This document shows positions 1 through 13,652 of a stretch of 64,000 nt of DNA, in pieces. The translations under genes were made by a program, and so were the position numbers. Numbering within the stretch: the first letter of the stretch is position 1; each line of letters opens with the position of its first letter. The notes below the pieces were generated by a model. It had not been told where the DNA came from, ran no database searches, and saw nothing but the letters and a program-made list of their open reading frames with translations. Source of the stretch: Dendrobates tinctorius (Eukaryota); the NCBI RefSeq assembly GCF_039654945.1, contig NW_027361810.1:25234001-25298000 (forward strand), read 5' to 3'.

Positions 1-1881
1 GTAGCCCTCACCAACAAGGGTGCAAATCCCAAGTTGTGATCGGAACCGGTCTCCAAGGCATTCTCCTCCATTAAGTCCCATTTCACTAGCGCTCCCATTC
101 TACATCGCCCCGATGTAGATAAGCCCTTCATTCTGGAAGTGGATGCCTCTTCCTTTGGTGCTGGAGCGGTCCTGTTTCAGGAGGATACGCAAGGTCGGAA
201 GCACCCATGCTTCTTTTTCTCCAAAACCTTCACACCGGCGGAGAGGAATTATGCCATCGGGGACAGGGAGTTGCTAGCGATGAAGTTGGCCTTCTCGGAG
301 TGGCGACACCTCCTGGAGGGGGCTCGCCACTCTTTCCAGGTGTTCACCGACCACAAAAACTTGGTCTATTTGCAAACAGCCCAGTGGCTAAACTGTCGCC
401 AGGCCAGATGGTCTTTGTTCTTCACCCTCTATTTTCTCTCCGGGGAGAAGAACGTCCGGACCGATGCTCTCTCCCGCTCCGTGGTGTCATCGGAGGAAGA
501 GGAGGAGGAGCCTCGGCTGATCGTCCCATCCGAGAGCCTGAGGACTGTGGCTCCGGTTGCCCTTGAGTCAGTACCTCCGGGCAAGACATTTGTCCCTGCC
601 CATCTGCGACCGGAGGTCCTCTCTTGGGCTCATTCATCCAGGGTGGGTGGACATTTCAGGACAAAACGGACCTCTGAGCTTTTGGCGAGGACGTACTGGT
701 GGCCGCATATGGCCCGTGACGTCAGGGATTATATTCAGGCTTGTGTCTCTTGCGTCCAGAATAGGTCCTCTCGGCGGCGGCCCTCTGGGCTTCTTTTTCC
801 TCTGCCGGTAGCGGACAGGCCCTGGGAGATGGTCGGTATGGACTTTGTGGTGGGGCTACCAAGTCCAGTGGCAGCACGGTCATTTGGGTTGTCATCGACC
901 ATTTCTCTAAGATGGTGCACTTGGTACCTCTCTCCCAGTTACCTTCTGCGTGGGGCCTGGCAGTGTTGTCATTAAGCACGTTTTCCGCCTGCATGGCATG
1001 CCGGACAAGATTGTCAGTGACCGGGGTCCTCAGTTTGCGTCCCGGTTTTGGAGAGAGCTTTGTTCCCTGCTCAGCATTGAGCTGAATCTCTCCTCGGCCT
1101 ATTATCCCGAGACGAACGGGTTGGTAGAGAGAGCCAACCAGACCCTGATCACATATCTTTGACATTTTGTCTCGGCCAGGCAGGACGCCTGGGCATCCTT
1201 GCTGCCGTGAGCAGAGTTCGCTTTGAACAATGCTGTGGCCGGCTCCACCGGTCAGACCCCATTCCTCCTAAATTACGGTCAGCATCTGCGTGTCCCTGTG
1301 CCCATGCCCGTGTCATCCACCGACTCCAGGGTGGCAGACGGGGCGGTGGAGGCACGCGACATTTTGGATCGCACCCAGGATGCTAACCGAGCTTCCAAGG
1401 AGAGAATGAGTACCTCCGCTGACGCACATCTGCGCCCTGCTCCGACTTTTGCCCCTGGTGACTTGGTGTGGCTCTCCGCCCGAAACATCAGGCTGCGGGT
1501 AGAGTCCGCTAAGTTCGCACTGCGTTACATTGGCCCCTTCAAGGTCCTCAAGCAGATCAGCTTTGTGGTCTACCTTCTGGCCCTTCCACCACACTTGGCT
1601 ATCTCTGATACATTCCACGTGTCCCTCCTTAAGCCTGTTCACTTGTCCCGGTTCTCCGAGTCATCTGCCGGGACATCAGACTTGTCTTCGGACGAGTTTG
1701 AGGTCAATGCCATTGTGGGATGCAAGGTGATGTGGGGCAAAAAGTTTTATTTGGTGGATTAGAAGGGTCATGGTCCAGAGGCTCGGACCTGGGAGCCAGT
1801 GGAGAACATCCACGCTCCTCTTCTCATTGCGGAGTTTGAGCGCAGCAAGGCTCAGAGGGGAGGGGGCACTAGGGGGGGTAA
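1..1881 (+). mobile_element. Ty3/Gypsy (chromovirus-type) LTR retrotransposon, 3' part of pol: RNase H, integrase, chromodomain; degraded by frameshifts and stops
   Basis: ORF pieces: DAS..GAGAVL..Q / ERNY..GDRELLA / TDHKNL (RNase H); H..GH..YWWPHM..C..C (integrase zinc finger); SDRGPQF and TNGLVERANQ (integrase core); GPF (GPY/F motif); EFEVNAIV...YLVD*KGHGPEARTWEP (chromodomain). Purine tract at about 1855-1880 directly before the LTR. Confidence 0.95.
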
Positions 1882-2838
1882 TGTTAGGCGTCGGATTTTT
1901 GTCGCTGCACAGCGAGAATCCCGAGCCTTACTTCCAGCGGTCTCCCATTCCTCTCCAGCTGCAGAGGAGGTTGCTCAGCAAACTCGTCGGTCCAGGCGCT
2001 CTGCCCAGACCAGCTCCATGGGTTTGCTTGCTGCTGCCACCTCTGGCGCAGCTATAACAATACATGCTGCTCAGCAGCAAGTTTCTCCAGGGACTAAGTC
2101 CCCATGTCGGGCCACTGAGCATGCCCGTGGAGTGACCTCCCATTGGAGATCGATGGTCACGTGCTCAGGTCCTGCTCCTGTTCGGATTGGCCCATCCGAG
2201 AAGCCAGGAAGGTCCCGGACACTCGCAACTATAAAAGGTTCGCATGGCCGCTCGGCCATGCGCTAGGATAAGACTATATTTACAGACTATGTGGAGTGAG
2301 TGATGTATGCACGCATGAATGTCTCTGGTGAATGACTCATTAAGAAACCCCTACCCTTGGTACGCATGTGTTGTGCAGCCTAGCCTGCTAGCGCCCAGGC
2401 ATAGGAGTAGGTAGGACAGAGGTTGAGTCAGGCATCAGTCCTCACCAGGGACTCAGCACGCATCAGTGCACGTGCTCCATAGCCAGCATCTATAGCGGCG
2501 TTCGCGGCAGCGATGCCGCGCGTTCAGTGGGCCTAGAAGGACTCTAACCCCATGTCCTTGGGGTAGAGTTCTGTGGCCGTACACTGTGTGCTCTTTTGGC
2601 CAGGCTCTGTGAGCTTAACAGGCTCCAGCATTTACGTTCAGCGGTTGTGCGGCTCTGTGCATTAACAGAGTTCGCCCCTGTTCACATTGGGTGACGTAAC
2701 CCTCGTGTGACTGGTTTCACACCGCTTAATTCTTCCGCCATTACTTAGCAGCAGTGTAGCACCTCTGCACAGTGGACCCCGGGCTGCGAACGCACCTACT
2801 ATTATTTTATAATTTGGTGTGTTCCGCCAACCCTAACA
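1882..2838 (+). mobile_element. 3' LTR of the Gypsy element (957 bp)
   Basis: Starts TGTTAGG right after the PPT and ends CCTAACA (inverted termini TG...CA); TATAAAA near 2230; similar to the solo LTR at 24432-25676. Confidence 0.9.
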
Positions 2839-5030
2839 GTTGTCATCCATTTCCCTGACTTACCTACATGCATACTCAACTCGGCTGAACAGGCAGTTAT
2901 TTTATTGGGGAAGAGACAAGTTTATCTCCGCAGGACAAGCGATGAAATCCATCATGCCCTTCCCTACATCTCGAGGGAAGACTATATACAACTGAAAATG
3001 TGTATGAACACAGATTACTCCCAACCCTCGCCTCCTATACACATGCATGCTCAATTCAGTTAGGTATGCATGTGTTTTCAAGGAAGAGAGAAAAAAGTGA
3101 CAGCTGCTTTGAAACATCTCTGGCAGTGACTTATGTTCTTGAGAATGAAAGGACTGGGCATGGAAAATCAACATACCCCAGCCTTCTTTTCTCCGCTATT
3201 ATCAGACGGGAGAGCCAAAAGATTTCCTTCAAGAGAATTGGAGAATAGCTGTAGTTCCTGGCAGTGACCACTATGAGGTGTATGGAGCTGTGCTGTTCCA
3301 GCTCCGTCATTGTTTATATGAGGCTGCCACCAGTGCTGCTAACAGCTGATCAGTGGTGGTGCTTAGTGTTGGACCCCTCGGATTTGATATTGATGGAAGG
3401 TATAACTCATCAATATCATAACCTGCACAACCCCTTTAGCTATAAACATGCTTGTATATATTAAAGCAACGTCAACTGAACCTGCTGAATTCAGTGGGAC
3501 CAGTCGATCTCATGTCATCAGCCAGACACCCCCTTTAATCACAGTTGTAATCTTTTATTGGGGTATTTTTCATTTGCATTTTTGTAAATATTAATATATA
3601 TTGCATACATTAATATCTATATAGACACAGACTCGTACACTGACATATCACACAGCCAGATATGAAGCTCTTTGCATTGAAAGCTAAGTATATGAAACAG
3701 CGAGAGTGAAAAGATTACGGAAGATTAGCAGAACAGATGAGATCTGCAGAGAAAATGGACAGTTAATATTCATAAGAAAATGGAGCTTCTCCTTAAAGGG
3801 GTTTTCCATTTTAATTCAAAGAAAAATTTAAAGAAGCACTCCTCCTATCAAAATTATTATACCCTTAGCATATTGCAGTCATCATATTATATAGCAATGT
3901 GCACTTACATTTGCTCATTTTGCATTTCTACCCGGATAATTCTTCTCTTTTTTTTCTGGGCTACTTAAAAACAGGAAATCTCTTTTCTCTGCACGAGTCT
4001 TCCCCCCTGTTCAACTCTTGACACAGCTGCCCCACTCCTCTCCACCCCCAGGTACTTTTGCAGTGAATCATGACTCATACAGGGAAAATTGACCTCCTGT
4101 TTCTACATAGAGCTTAGAAGGATTCAGGTAGTCAGATATTAATCAGGTGATGTCATAGACCTAATTGAAAAGAGAATAATTAAGTAGAAAAGCAAAAGGA
4201 GCAATTGTAAGTACACAGTCCTATATAATATGATTGATGAGAGGAGTGCTTCCTTAAGTTCTGCAATTTTCTAATACACTTTGAGCTTCATTCCCCCCCC
4301 CACCAAGATCCCTCTTTTTGCAATCATGAGCTGCATTGGTTAAAGCGCAGGCTCTATCTAATGAATGGTTTCATTCACAGACACCAAGCAGAGATCTTAA
4401 AAATTGTGTGAAATTGAAACTAAAAATATGTTAGAAAGTTGCAGAAACTTATTTACAGTAAATCAGAAACCCCTTTAATTCAGAAGGTAAGCTGTGAATA
4501 AATAATATGGCTGCTGCCGCATGATTAGCTCCCCAATAACGCAGTAACATTGCAGCATTAGACATGTGCGAATGATGGCGGTAATGAATGTTACTGAAGT
4601 TATTGGAAATTCAATGTATTAAAATGTGATAATGAGCATGAAACAGGATTAAATAGCATCTGTGGTTATAGTGAATGAGTTATCCTGATTTGCTGCCAGA
4701 GGCCGGACATCAGTGCGTCATATGTCCGGGAGAATGAGGGTTAATATGTTTTGCATTTTCTTGCTTTAATCTTCATGAAGCTGCTGTTATAAAGGATTTT
4801 TTTCCACCGGAAAATGCTACCAAACATATATATATAGCCTAATAAAGCAACCTAAGGAATACAAATAGGAGCCTGACCGGACCAAGAATTATTGGAGGAG
4901 GTGTACCAGCACTGCTGTCCCTTTACTTCACTGATCGACGTGGATCATTGTGGCTGAATCTTTGCTGACCAGCTAGAACACTACTCTAAGGTATTATATA
5001 TTATCCACTTTGGCCCTGTAGGGCATATGG

Positions 5031-6294
5031 TTATAAACCTCAAAAAGAATAATCTTGGGTTCAAGAATTCAAGTATTGTACCAGAAAGCACCAAGGGAAG
5101 AACCCCTAAAATATAACTTTCAATTCAATGATTAAAAAGACACATATATGTGAAATCACTAAATACCAGGGGGTCCAACATCAATCAAACAGCAAACATA
5201 ATCCTTTTTCAGAATCTGTATATATCAGAGGGGCAATAGGCTATAATGCCCTAATACACCCTAATACAGCCCTTCCTGACTGCAGAGGTTGGCACCCTAG
5301 TTGTAGACGACATGGCGCCCCCGCCCAACGTCGGCGTCCGTAATAACGTCCTAGACCACGCTGCGTATACAAAAAAGGACACAAAAAAGAAACCACACTC
5401 ACACCTATGATACCGAAAAAACAATAATTAAAAAAAGTGCTATAGTGCTGTAAACTTATCTCGTAGTATGAATACCCAAAAGGTGGAATCTTATCTCGGA
5501 GTCAAGTAAGGGTATAAAAATGCAGCTTAATAAGACTTATCTCGTAGTCAAAAAATACTGACAGCTGCTAATATGAAGATAAAGGGTAAATACCCCTTTC
5601 AAAAAAAAAAAGTCTTACTGAGAAATATAATGGAAGAACAATAATTATCTCATAATATAAATACCCCCATAGTAGAATCTTATCTCGAAGTCAGATAAGG
5701 GTGTATAACAAAATGCAGCTTAATGACACCTATCTCGTAGTCAAAACAAATGTTGAAAGCTGCTAATCGGTAAGTCAGTTGGTAGATACCCAAGAAAAAT
5801 TGAATATAATAAACAGCACCGATAGACAGTGTCCAATAATTCAGGACACCCTACAGAAACACAATGCACATAGATTGATGGACAGAAAAAATTCCACATG
5901 TGGTATACAGTAACCTTATATGACATACAATAAAGATCAAGGAGCAATACTCGTGTAGCAAGAAGCTATATCCACCTCGCCAGATGATGACTGGCACAAA
6001 AATTGCTCACAGAGGTTACATAAAATATACACACCCCATGCACCACAATTAATTCTCAATAGAATGCCATCTCATAAACCTCTGCAGTCAGGAAGGGCTG
6101 TATTAGGGTGTATTAGGGCATTATAGCCTATTGCCCCTCTGATATATACAGATTCTGAAAAAGGATTATGTTCGCTGATTGATTGATGTTGGACTCCCTG
6201 GTATTTAGTGATTTCACATATATGTGTCTTTTTAATCATTTAACTAAAAGTTATATTTTAGGGGTTCTTCCCTTGGTGCTTTCTTGTATAATAT
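5031..6294. mobile_element. Foldback insertion (about 215-bp inverted arms 5074-5290 / 6078-6293), probably a Penelope-like non-autonomous derivative
   Basis: Near-perfect inverted arms; flanking 17-bp direct repeat ccctgtagg(g/t)catatgg at 5014-5030 and 6295-6311; internal about 190-bp tandem duplication (cttatctcg motifs). Confidence 0.6.
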
Positions 6295-6349
6295 CCCTGT
6301 AGGTCATATGGAATTAAGAGGGTATTAACAGGGCCAGAAAGCAGAGTAA

Positions 6350-6708
6350 GGGTACCGTTACACTTAGCGATGCACCAGCGATCCCGACAACAATATGGAT
6401 CGCTGGTGCATCACACAGGCAGATCTCACCAGCGATATAGCAGGGGTCGGGGGTCGCTACTTACCTGTCAGACGAGGCGATCCTGACGTCCTCCTGCCCG
6501 CGTCCACGTGTCGCTCGTCGGCGCCACAGGAAGCCCAGCAGGAAGCGCCCGACGAGAAATGATCCAAGACGTTCTCGCGCGACCAGCGATGAGCAGCGGG
6601 GGAGCCGGTCGGAGGTAAGTGTCAGACATATCGATATCGCTACTACGTCACAAAATCGGTGACGTTACAGCGATATTGCTAGCGATATCGCTATGTGTAA
6701 CGGGGGCT
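6350..6708. mobile_element. PIF/Harbinger-type MITE
   Basis: TAA on both flanks; imperfect TIRs gggtaccgttacac / gtgtaacgggggct; internal repeated AGCGAT/ATCGCT motifs. Confidence 0.65.
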
Positions 6709-6994
6709 TAACTGAAATTTAACTGCTCCTGCTGTGAGATAGACACCCAAGTAATGATTAACCAAGCAGCTGTCAAAAAGAAAATAGTGGAGGTTTCTGC
6801 ATCAATTCTTTTCATATTTTGATATATAGGACTTTTACTCTCTCTCTATATATATAAAATCAGATAGAGAAAAAGAGGTACTGGATCAGTGATCTAACAA
6901 ATAAGGTAAAAATAGGAAAACAGAATTGTCAATTTAATATACCTTTATTATTAAATGGGTGTAAATTTACACCCATTTATATGGCTATAACATA

Positions 6995-7576
6995 CCCCTT
7001 GTGAGATCATATGCTGGTGCAGTTGGCCCTGAGTTCCTCCTAATGCAGGACAATGACAGACCTCATGTTGCTGGAGTGTGTCAGCAGTTCCTGCAAGATG
7101 AAGGCATTGAAGCTATGGACTGGCCTGCCCGAAACCAAGACCTGAATCCGATTGAGCACATCTGGAACAGCATGTCTCGTTCCATCCACCAACGTTACGT
7201 TGCACCACAGACTGTCCAGGAGTTGGCGGATGCTTTAGTCCAGGTGTGGGAGAAGATCCCTCAGGAGACCATCCGCCGCCTCATCAGGAGCATGCCCAGG
7301 CGTTGTAGGGAGGTCATACAGGCACGTGGAGGCCACACACAATACTGAGCCTCATTTTGACTTGTTTTAAGGACATTACATTCCACTTTAATTTTGTGTG
7401 TAACTCCAAATCCAGGCCTCCATTGGTTAATAAATTTGATTTCCATTGATGATTTTTGTGTGATTTTGCTATCAGCACATTCAACTTTGTACAGAACAAA
7501 GTATTCAATGAGAATATTTCATTCATTCAGATCTAGGATGTGTTATTTGAGTGTTCCTTTTATTTTTTTGAGCAGT
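6995..7576 (+). mobile_element. Tc1 transposon 3' fragment (C-terminal DD34E transposase plus right TIR)
   Basis: ORF 7001-7348 with QDND-RPH...WPA...DLNPIE (34 residues between D and E); ends gtgttcctt...ttttttgagcagTA. Confidence 0.9.
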
Positions 7577-8228
7577 AATTATATATATATAATTTATTTT
7601 TAAAATATCCATATTTTAAAATGAGAAATGGCTGGTGATTTTATTTTTTTAACTATTCTTTTACCTTATACTTTAGTAACCTTATAGATTTTAGACCTGT
7701 AATCACTTAATTGCAGAAAACAAGGGGGCAGCCATGGGAAGGATGAGCAAGCCTCAAAATGAAATAACAATCCATAAGCAACCTACACTCTCTACAGAGA
7801 CTTTTTTCATTAATTATTTTTACAAAATTATTTTCTATGGTGTTTACCTTCTAATCTATTCCAACAAGAGCTACTTCTAGTGCCATGTCCCTGAGTGAAT
7901 GTTTCAGAGCTTTTATATGTACGTGAAGGAAATCGGAATATATTAAAAAAAAAACAAAGCTGAAATTTTTCAGCGCAATGTAACTTCACTTTCACTCAAT
8001 TGTATCCATCATAGTGTACATCCTGAGTACCACACATAAATTTACACTAGAGGTTGCTTTTTTTGGTACAAATTGGTGGTTATGCACTTACAGAACTTTA
8101 ATTAATAGAAACATTGAAAGTTCCAAGTTTTTCCGATGGAAAAATTCCTGAGAGCAGAGTAGTTTAAGAAGCGGGAGAAAATGAAAGATTACTTTGCTTT
8201 GAGTTAACGTCTGCTGAGGTGTTGTTAC

Positions 8229-8273
8229 CTCCTCCGTTCCCCCTTCTTCAATGATTGTCTCTTCATAAGAGTA
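8229..8273 (-). CDS. NEB: Nebulin second coding exon (45 nt, phase 0/0), YSYEETIIEEGGTEE
   Basis: Minus strand ctttttatag|TACTCTTATGAAGAG...GAGGAG|gtaac. The acidic peptide resembles the human nebulin segment YYTEEVVYEEVPGE that follows the start exon; in frame with the exon at 18261-18293. Confidence 0.75.
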
Positions 8274-9939
8274 CTATAAAAAGATGAATCCAGACACTCA
8301 GAACATGGTGGTTAGAGTCACATCTGACACTTACCTGTAGAGCTACTAACCAGACAAACAAAAGAGTCATATACAGGTCAATCATAAAAAAAACACATAG
8401 TATTTAGTTAACACATATCAGTCATTTTCCTGACTATCAATGTTTAATGACATGCTACGCCATAGAAGTTGCTTAGTCCAAGATAACCAAAATTACTATT
8501 TTACTTGTACCCCATTTTCAAATTTATATGGTTCTGTTCACATTATGTTTCCATTTGGACTTGAGTGTTTTGATGGCAAAAATAGTTTGGCTCACAGAGA
8601 TAAAGTTTCCATAAAAATACAGAATTCTCAGTAAAAACTTCCAGATCCCATGATAAGTCCATGACGTTCATCAGGATTTGACCATGAAAATGGATCCACC
8701 ACACTATTCATGGCAAGCATGAATCAGAGTCTGGCCTTGTTATTTCAGCCAGGGACCTTTTACTCTGAAACGTGGCGTTTCAGAAATGACATACATTTAT
8801 AAGCTGACTGGGGAATGAGTGGCTCAGTTGATTAGTACAAGAGGGCGATCCTCTGAGGCTTCTCCCAAACCCTACCACGCTCCTTCTACATGTGTTTATC
8901 TGTCATTCAAAAGAAAAGGGGCAAAGTGGCTATGGACTAGTCACCTAAGCCAAACTTTTAAACGTACTCTATGTTTTCACAGCATTTTATAGTCAAACAT
9001 ACCTGCTTGAAATAATGGAGCCAAACTCAGTGTTTGGTCAAAATGTATCAGCTAATCAGGTTCACTTTAAGACAAACACAAGCATGTGCAGAGGATAAAC
9101 CCAAATATGAGAATGAATATGATGGATAAGAAAAGTATATGGCCCCTTCACTGTGTGATCGTTATGTCTCCACAAAAGACCATTAGTATTTGGGAGTTAT
9201 GAAATTGGTTACATGGGTACTTAACAAAAAAATCTAAAAGACAGCTGAAAAATTATTTTAAAGTAAAAAAGAGGCACCTGTTAACTAAAGTAAATAAACA
9301 AATTTCACATATGATATGTCCATCCCCCAAGAATGACATCCATAGATGTTCTCTAAGAATATTTTCATGTAAAGTTTTTGGCTTAAGTGCCTACCTGCCA
9401 AAAATTACATTACAACTTATAAAATTAAAATGTAACATTCAGCTAACTAAGTTACCAAAATAGATAGAAAAATGCTGTAGATAGATAAATGCAATACAAC
9501 AAATAAGATAGCTATGGCAGAAGACTAGATAAATGGATATACAGAATTGATAAACAATTTTTGAGAGTCCAATTCATGGCCCATATAAGCTTGAATCATT
9601 TTTCCATTTACACAATGAGTACATTTCTGAGTTGGCTGTCACTTTTTCCATGACACACCGAAAATAAATTTAGATGTGCTTTCATTGGGGATTACATGTA
9701 TGACATATGCTTGTGTTGACACCATATTCCTAAATTTCAATGGGATAGTTTGCCAAGAGTGCTGTGTCAACTCTGATACCTGAAAGATTTACAGGGATTT
9801 AATATTAGGTCACAGGGCTATTACCACAAAGGATTACTCTCATGTGTGAAGCAAATGCAAGACTCCAGTTACATCATTGTATAATAAGGTATAGTCTATC
9901 AACTTTAACAGAAAAAAAATTAGAAAGTTGTTTACTGCA

Positions 9940-9940
<1 letters not shown>

Positions 9941-9982
<42 letters not shown>
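9941..9982. repeat. (TA)n microsatellite
   Basis: About 21 TA units seen directly. Confidence 0.95.
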
Positions 9983-9990
<8 letters not shown>

Positions 9991-10687
9991 AGGAGCTGGT
10001 GTGGACCCCATAGCAGTACCTTAAAAATTTGTCAACATCATAAATATTGAGCTTAAGTGTTGGCTTAATTTTATAGTCCAAATGTATAGCTAAATATAAA
10101 TGCAATAATCAATACAACATACTATTACTGCTAAAAAAACTGTACCATTGTCTAAGTAGAAAAGTTACATTTGTTAATATTAGTCTAAAGGTATTTACAA
10201 TAGACTAAATCATTCTATAATGGCCTTCCCCCAGAACCAGTGAAAGTAGATACCCAAAATCCTTTCTGCACAGAGGAAGTTTAACAGTACATTGCAGTGG
10301 TTATTTTTACTCTGTAGTCATCAAGGTTCACTAATGTAGCTCTGTACACCAGAACATGGGAAGATTCTAGAACAGCTATGACCGTGGACTTCATGTATCA
10401 GCAAATATTTTCTTTTACCCAACTGCTATTATGAGATTTTTTAGATATTGAACTTTGCATGTGTGAGGTCCAACCACATGGACAAATTAAAATGGCATTA
10501 TATATCAAGGACCAATTAATATTTAACAGGCTGATAACTCCAACTGCATTAAAAGATGCACAAGTACTGTATTAATGGCATAGGCATTTTGTGAGAAAGT
10601 GGCATCATGCACAAATTATGCATATTTTGCTGCAAAATTATATAAAAATTATGTACTAACAATATGCAAAAATATTAATTAAATATA

Positions 10688-10767
10688 TACTGCTCAGAAA
10701 AAATAAAGGGAACACATCCTAGTGCATTGTGTTTTTTAAGTGTTCCCTTTATTTTTTGGAGCAGTAT
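10688..10767. mobile_element. About 80-bp Tc1-derived mini element (TIR pair only)
   Basis: tactgctcagaaaaaataaagggaacac ... gtgttccctttattttttggagcagta; the TIR matches the end of the Tc1 fragment at 7576. Confidence 0.75.
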
Positions 10768-12643
10768 ATTTTAAGGGTTCTGCATTATAACATTTTAATA
10801 GTCTATCACTATATTTATGTTTCATTCTAATTGACAATTTACATTTTCCTTAAATATATCTCATGTGGAAATAAATGGAGGACTATAAATGAAATCTTTG
10901 ATTTTGGATGAATTCACGCTGGGTGAACTTCTACAGTTTGCAGGACCATGATCACATATAGCAAATGCTAATTTTAAACCCTTATTCAGCAGAAAGGTTA
11001 CAGGGGATGTTTCAAACTTGAACAACTCCTGTCTCAAATTGCTCGTTCGCTTCCAGAAGATCTTTGGAGCGGACTCTACTTCTGCAATATGTCTATTAGC
11101 AATTGGGGGACCACAGCGCTCTAGAGAAAGCAAGGTATAAAATAGCACCCATGTAAATCAATAAATGTCCATGTCGGCCATTGTTTACTTCTGGAAATTT
11201 TTTACTAACATATAAAATATGTCCAACAGCCCAAACAATAACCATCACTCACATCTCCTTAAAAGAATTGCTTAATTGCCTGGCTTGACATAGGACCATG
11301 CAGATTTGAAACATGTTGCCTGGAAGCACAGCAGATTTTTCTTTATCTTGGCACAGGAAATTGTAGTTAAAAATGTATTTTTGGGTTTTATAAATACACA
11401 CTTTGCAGATAGATGATTCTCAGCCGCTCTCATTCATCAAGATCTCAACATTTAAAAATCAGTTCACAATATGGTTCAATACAAGAGCTAAATTAATATT
11501 TTCTGATAATTGACAATTTTTCGTGGGAAATTCTTTGGATCACTTAAAAAAAATCTTTGCTATTAGAGCAGGCTTTACATTTTTTTTTTATTGATGTATC
11601 TAATACTGTGCTTTTCATAAATTACATCTTCAAGGTTTTTTAAAGGGCTCCGAAGAGGAGACTAAGTGCTATGCATATAGGTTTATTTTAGTAACATTCG
11701 AGAAAAACAAAAAAAAGCAAAAACTTTAAAAGTTTATATAAAGCCTCTTGAACACGGAAAAATTGCAGAGCCATCTTTAATGGAAAATCTACGGGCCCAT
11801 ACTTTATGTTACTGCTTGGAATGCCTTAGACTTCATTTAGTTACGTCCAATGCATGTGGAATTATGGAGGTGGCAAACGTTGGGTTTGCCATGTGCATGA
11901 GGTTTCACGTCATCAGACTCACTCGGCCCCAACAGTTGACCAGAGAATGCTCTGTGCTCAGGTCCTGATATTACAATCTTACCATGAAGGGTCCTGACAT
12001 ACATATCTGAAGAGCAATTTCCAACTTTCTATCACTTTGTTTTGCTTTATTAGTCCATATTTATCTTAATCATACATTTTTTAATAAGTAAAGGGATACC
12101 AATACCTTACATATATTGATATGTTTTTTGTGCACTTTTTATATTTTTTCCAGGGTGCAGTTGGGCCCAAATGGTTCTGCAAACGTGTGGCCTCTGTTCA
12201 CACGGGATGCATTCTAGTTGGCACTGGGCAGCCCCCCTATATGGTGTTACTAAGAGGTTGGGAACCAGAAGCCCTGCATTCCCTGTGTGAACACTGCCAC
12301 ATGCGGATTATTTCTTCTGCACTGGTGTACCACACGGCCAATCCCTGATTGTAGGCTGGCTGTTTCATTTGGTATTTATGCATCTGTGCAGCTGCCATTT
12401 TACTTGAGTCCGCTGCACCTTGTATTAGTGCAGATGCATTTAGGCCTGTCTGGTTTGTATTTGAATTTTTTGGAGGATTTTTTTCCTCTTTTTGAGGATT
12501 TCATGTTAGAGTAGGACTGGCAAGTAGTAAGGATTTTTTAATAAATAAAGGGATATTACATTTTCAGCAAGTAACGGAACAGGACAAGTTGCACAATTTT
12601 CCATGCAGATGTTGCCACATGTAACTTCTACATTTAATTTAAA

Positions 12644-13652
12644 CTAGATGGAGGCCCGATGCTATCGCATCGGGAGGCCGGTAATGTCACAATGGGGGCA
12701 GGCTTTGCAGTGTTGAGAATCTCTCCCCCCATGTGCTCACCCACCTATCTACTCTCTCTTTCCCCATGTGCTGACTTCTCCCGTCTGTGCTCTCTTCTTT
12801 GACCTGTCTACCCCATGTGCTATCCCTCTTGTCTGCTGTCTCTTTCCTTCCTGTGCTGTGTTCTCCCCTCATGTGCTGTCCCGTTTGAGCTGTCTCCCCC
12901 TGTGCACTTTCTCTCTCCCCCATCTGCTGTCTTCTCTCATGTCATCTCTTGTTTGACCTGTGTACCCCATCACTAAACCGTTAGTGCACAGCATGTCAGG
13001 AGGAATTTGTATTTAAAGGGGTTTTCCCACAAATGAAAGTTCATTTTAAAAATTGCCTGTTTCTGACTGTGTACAGAACATACCACAGCTCCTGGGCAGG
13101 GGAGGAAGCAAAAGACAATACTGACACTACAGCAGGAGAGAGCAGAGGATACATTTTATGAGGTAAAATATTGTTTAAAAACAGTCTGTTGTAATGTCAG
13201 TATTGTCTTTTGCTTCCTCCCCTGCCCAGGAGATGTGGTATGCTCCTTACAAGGTCAGACACAGACAATTTTTAAAATGAACTTTTGTTCATGGGAAAAC
13301 CCCTTTAATGTGACCGGCTTCCTCTGCCTGTAGACACGTCGCAAATCTGCCGTCGGGATCAGCCGCAGTGCGACGGTGTTCCGCTGGTGGTACCACACAA
13401 GAGGCTGCGTGAGTGTGTGTGTGAGTGTGGTGCATATGGCGAATGGAGTGTGTGTGTGTGTGGTGCGACGGTGTTCCGCTGGTGGTACCGCACAATAGGT
13501 TGGTACCAGCAACAGTTTTCCTAATGAGACACCCATCACTTGGGTGTCCCAATATGGCGGTTGGTGAACTTCCTCCGCTTGGAATTCTGGGATATGGTGA
13601 CATCTGGACAGAACAGGAAATTAAAACATTACAAGGCAATTATATTAATAGA
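12644..13652 (-). mobile_element. Non-autonomous Helitron (about 1 kb) with a nested T2-type MITE
   Basis: On the minus strand it begins a|TCTATTAATATAA and ends CTAG|t (AT target, no TSD); perfect 8-bp hairpin cccgatgc-tatc-gcatcggg at 12655-12674 just inside the 3' end. Confidence 0.8.
13017..13304. mobile_element. T2/Kolobok-type palindromic MITE with TTAA TSD
   Basis: ttaa|aggggttttccc ... gggaaaacccct|ttaa; long internal inverted arms. Confidence 0.85.

Noticed and set aside
8335-8345. Possible 11-nt NEB microexon (tag|TAGCTCTACAG|gtaag)
   Set aside because: It would leave a 61-nt intron and begins with an in-frame stop codon.
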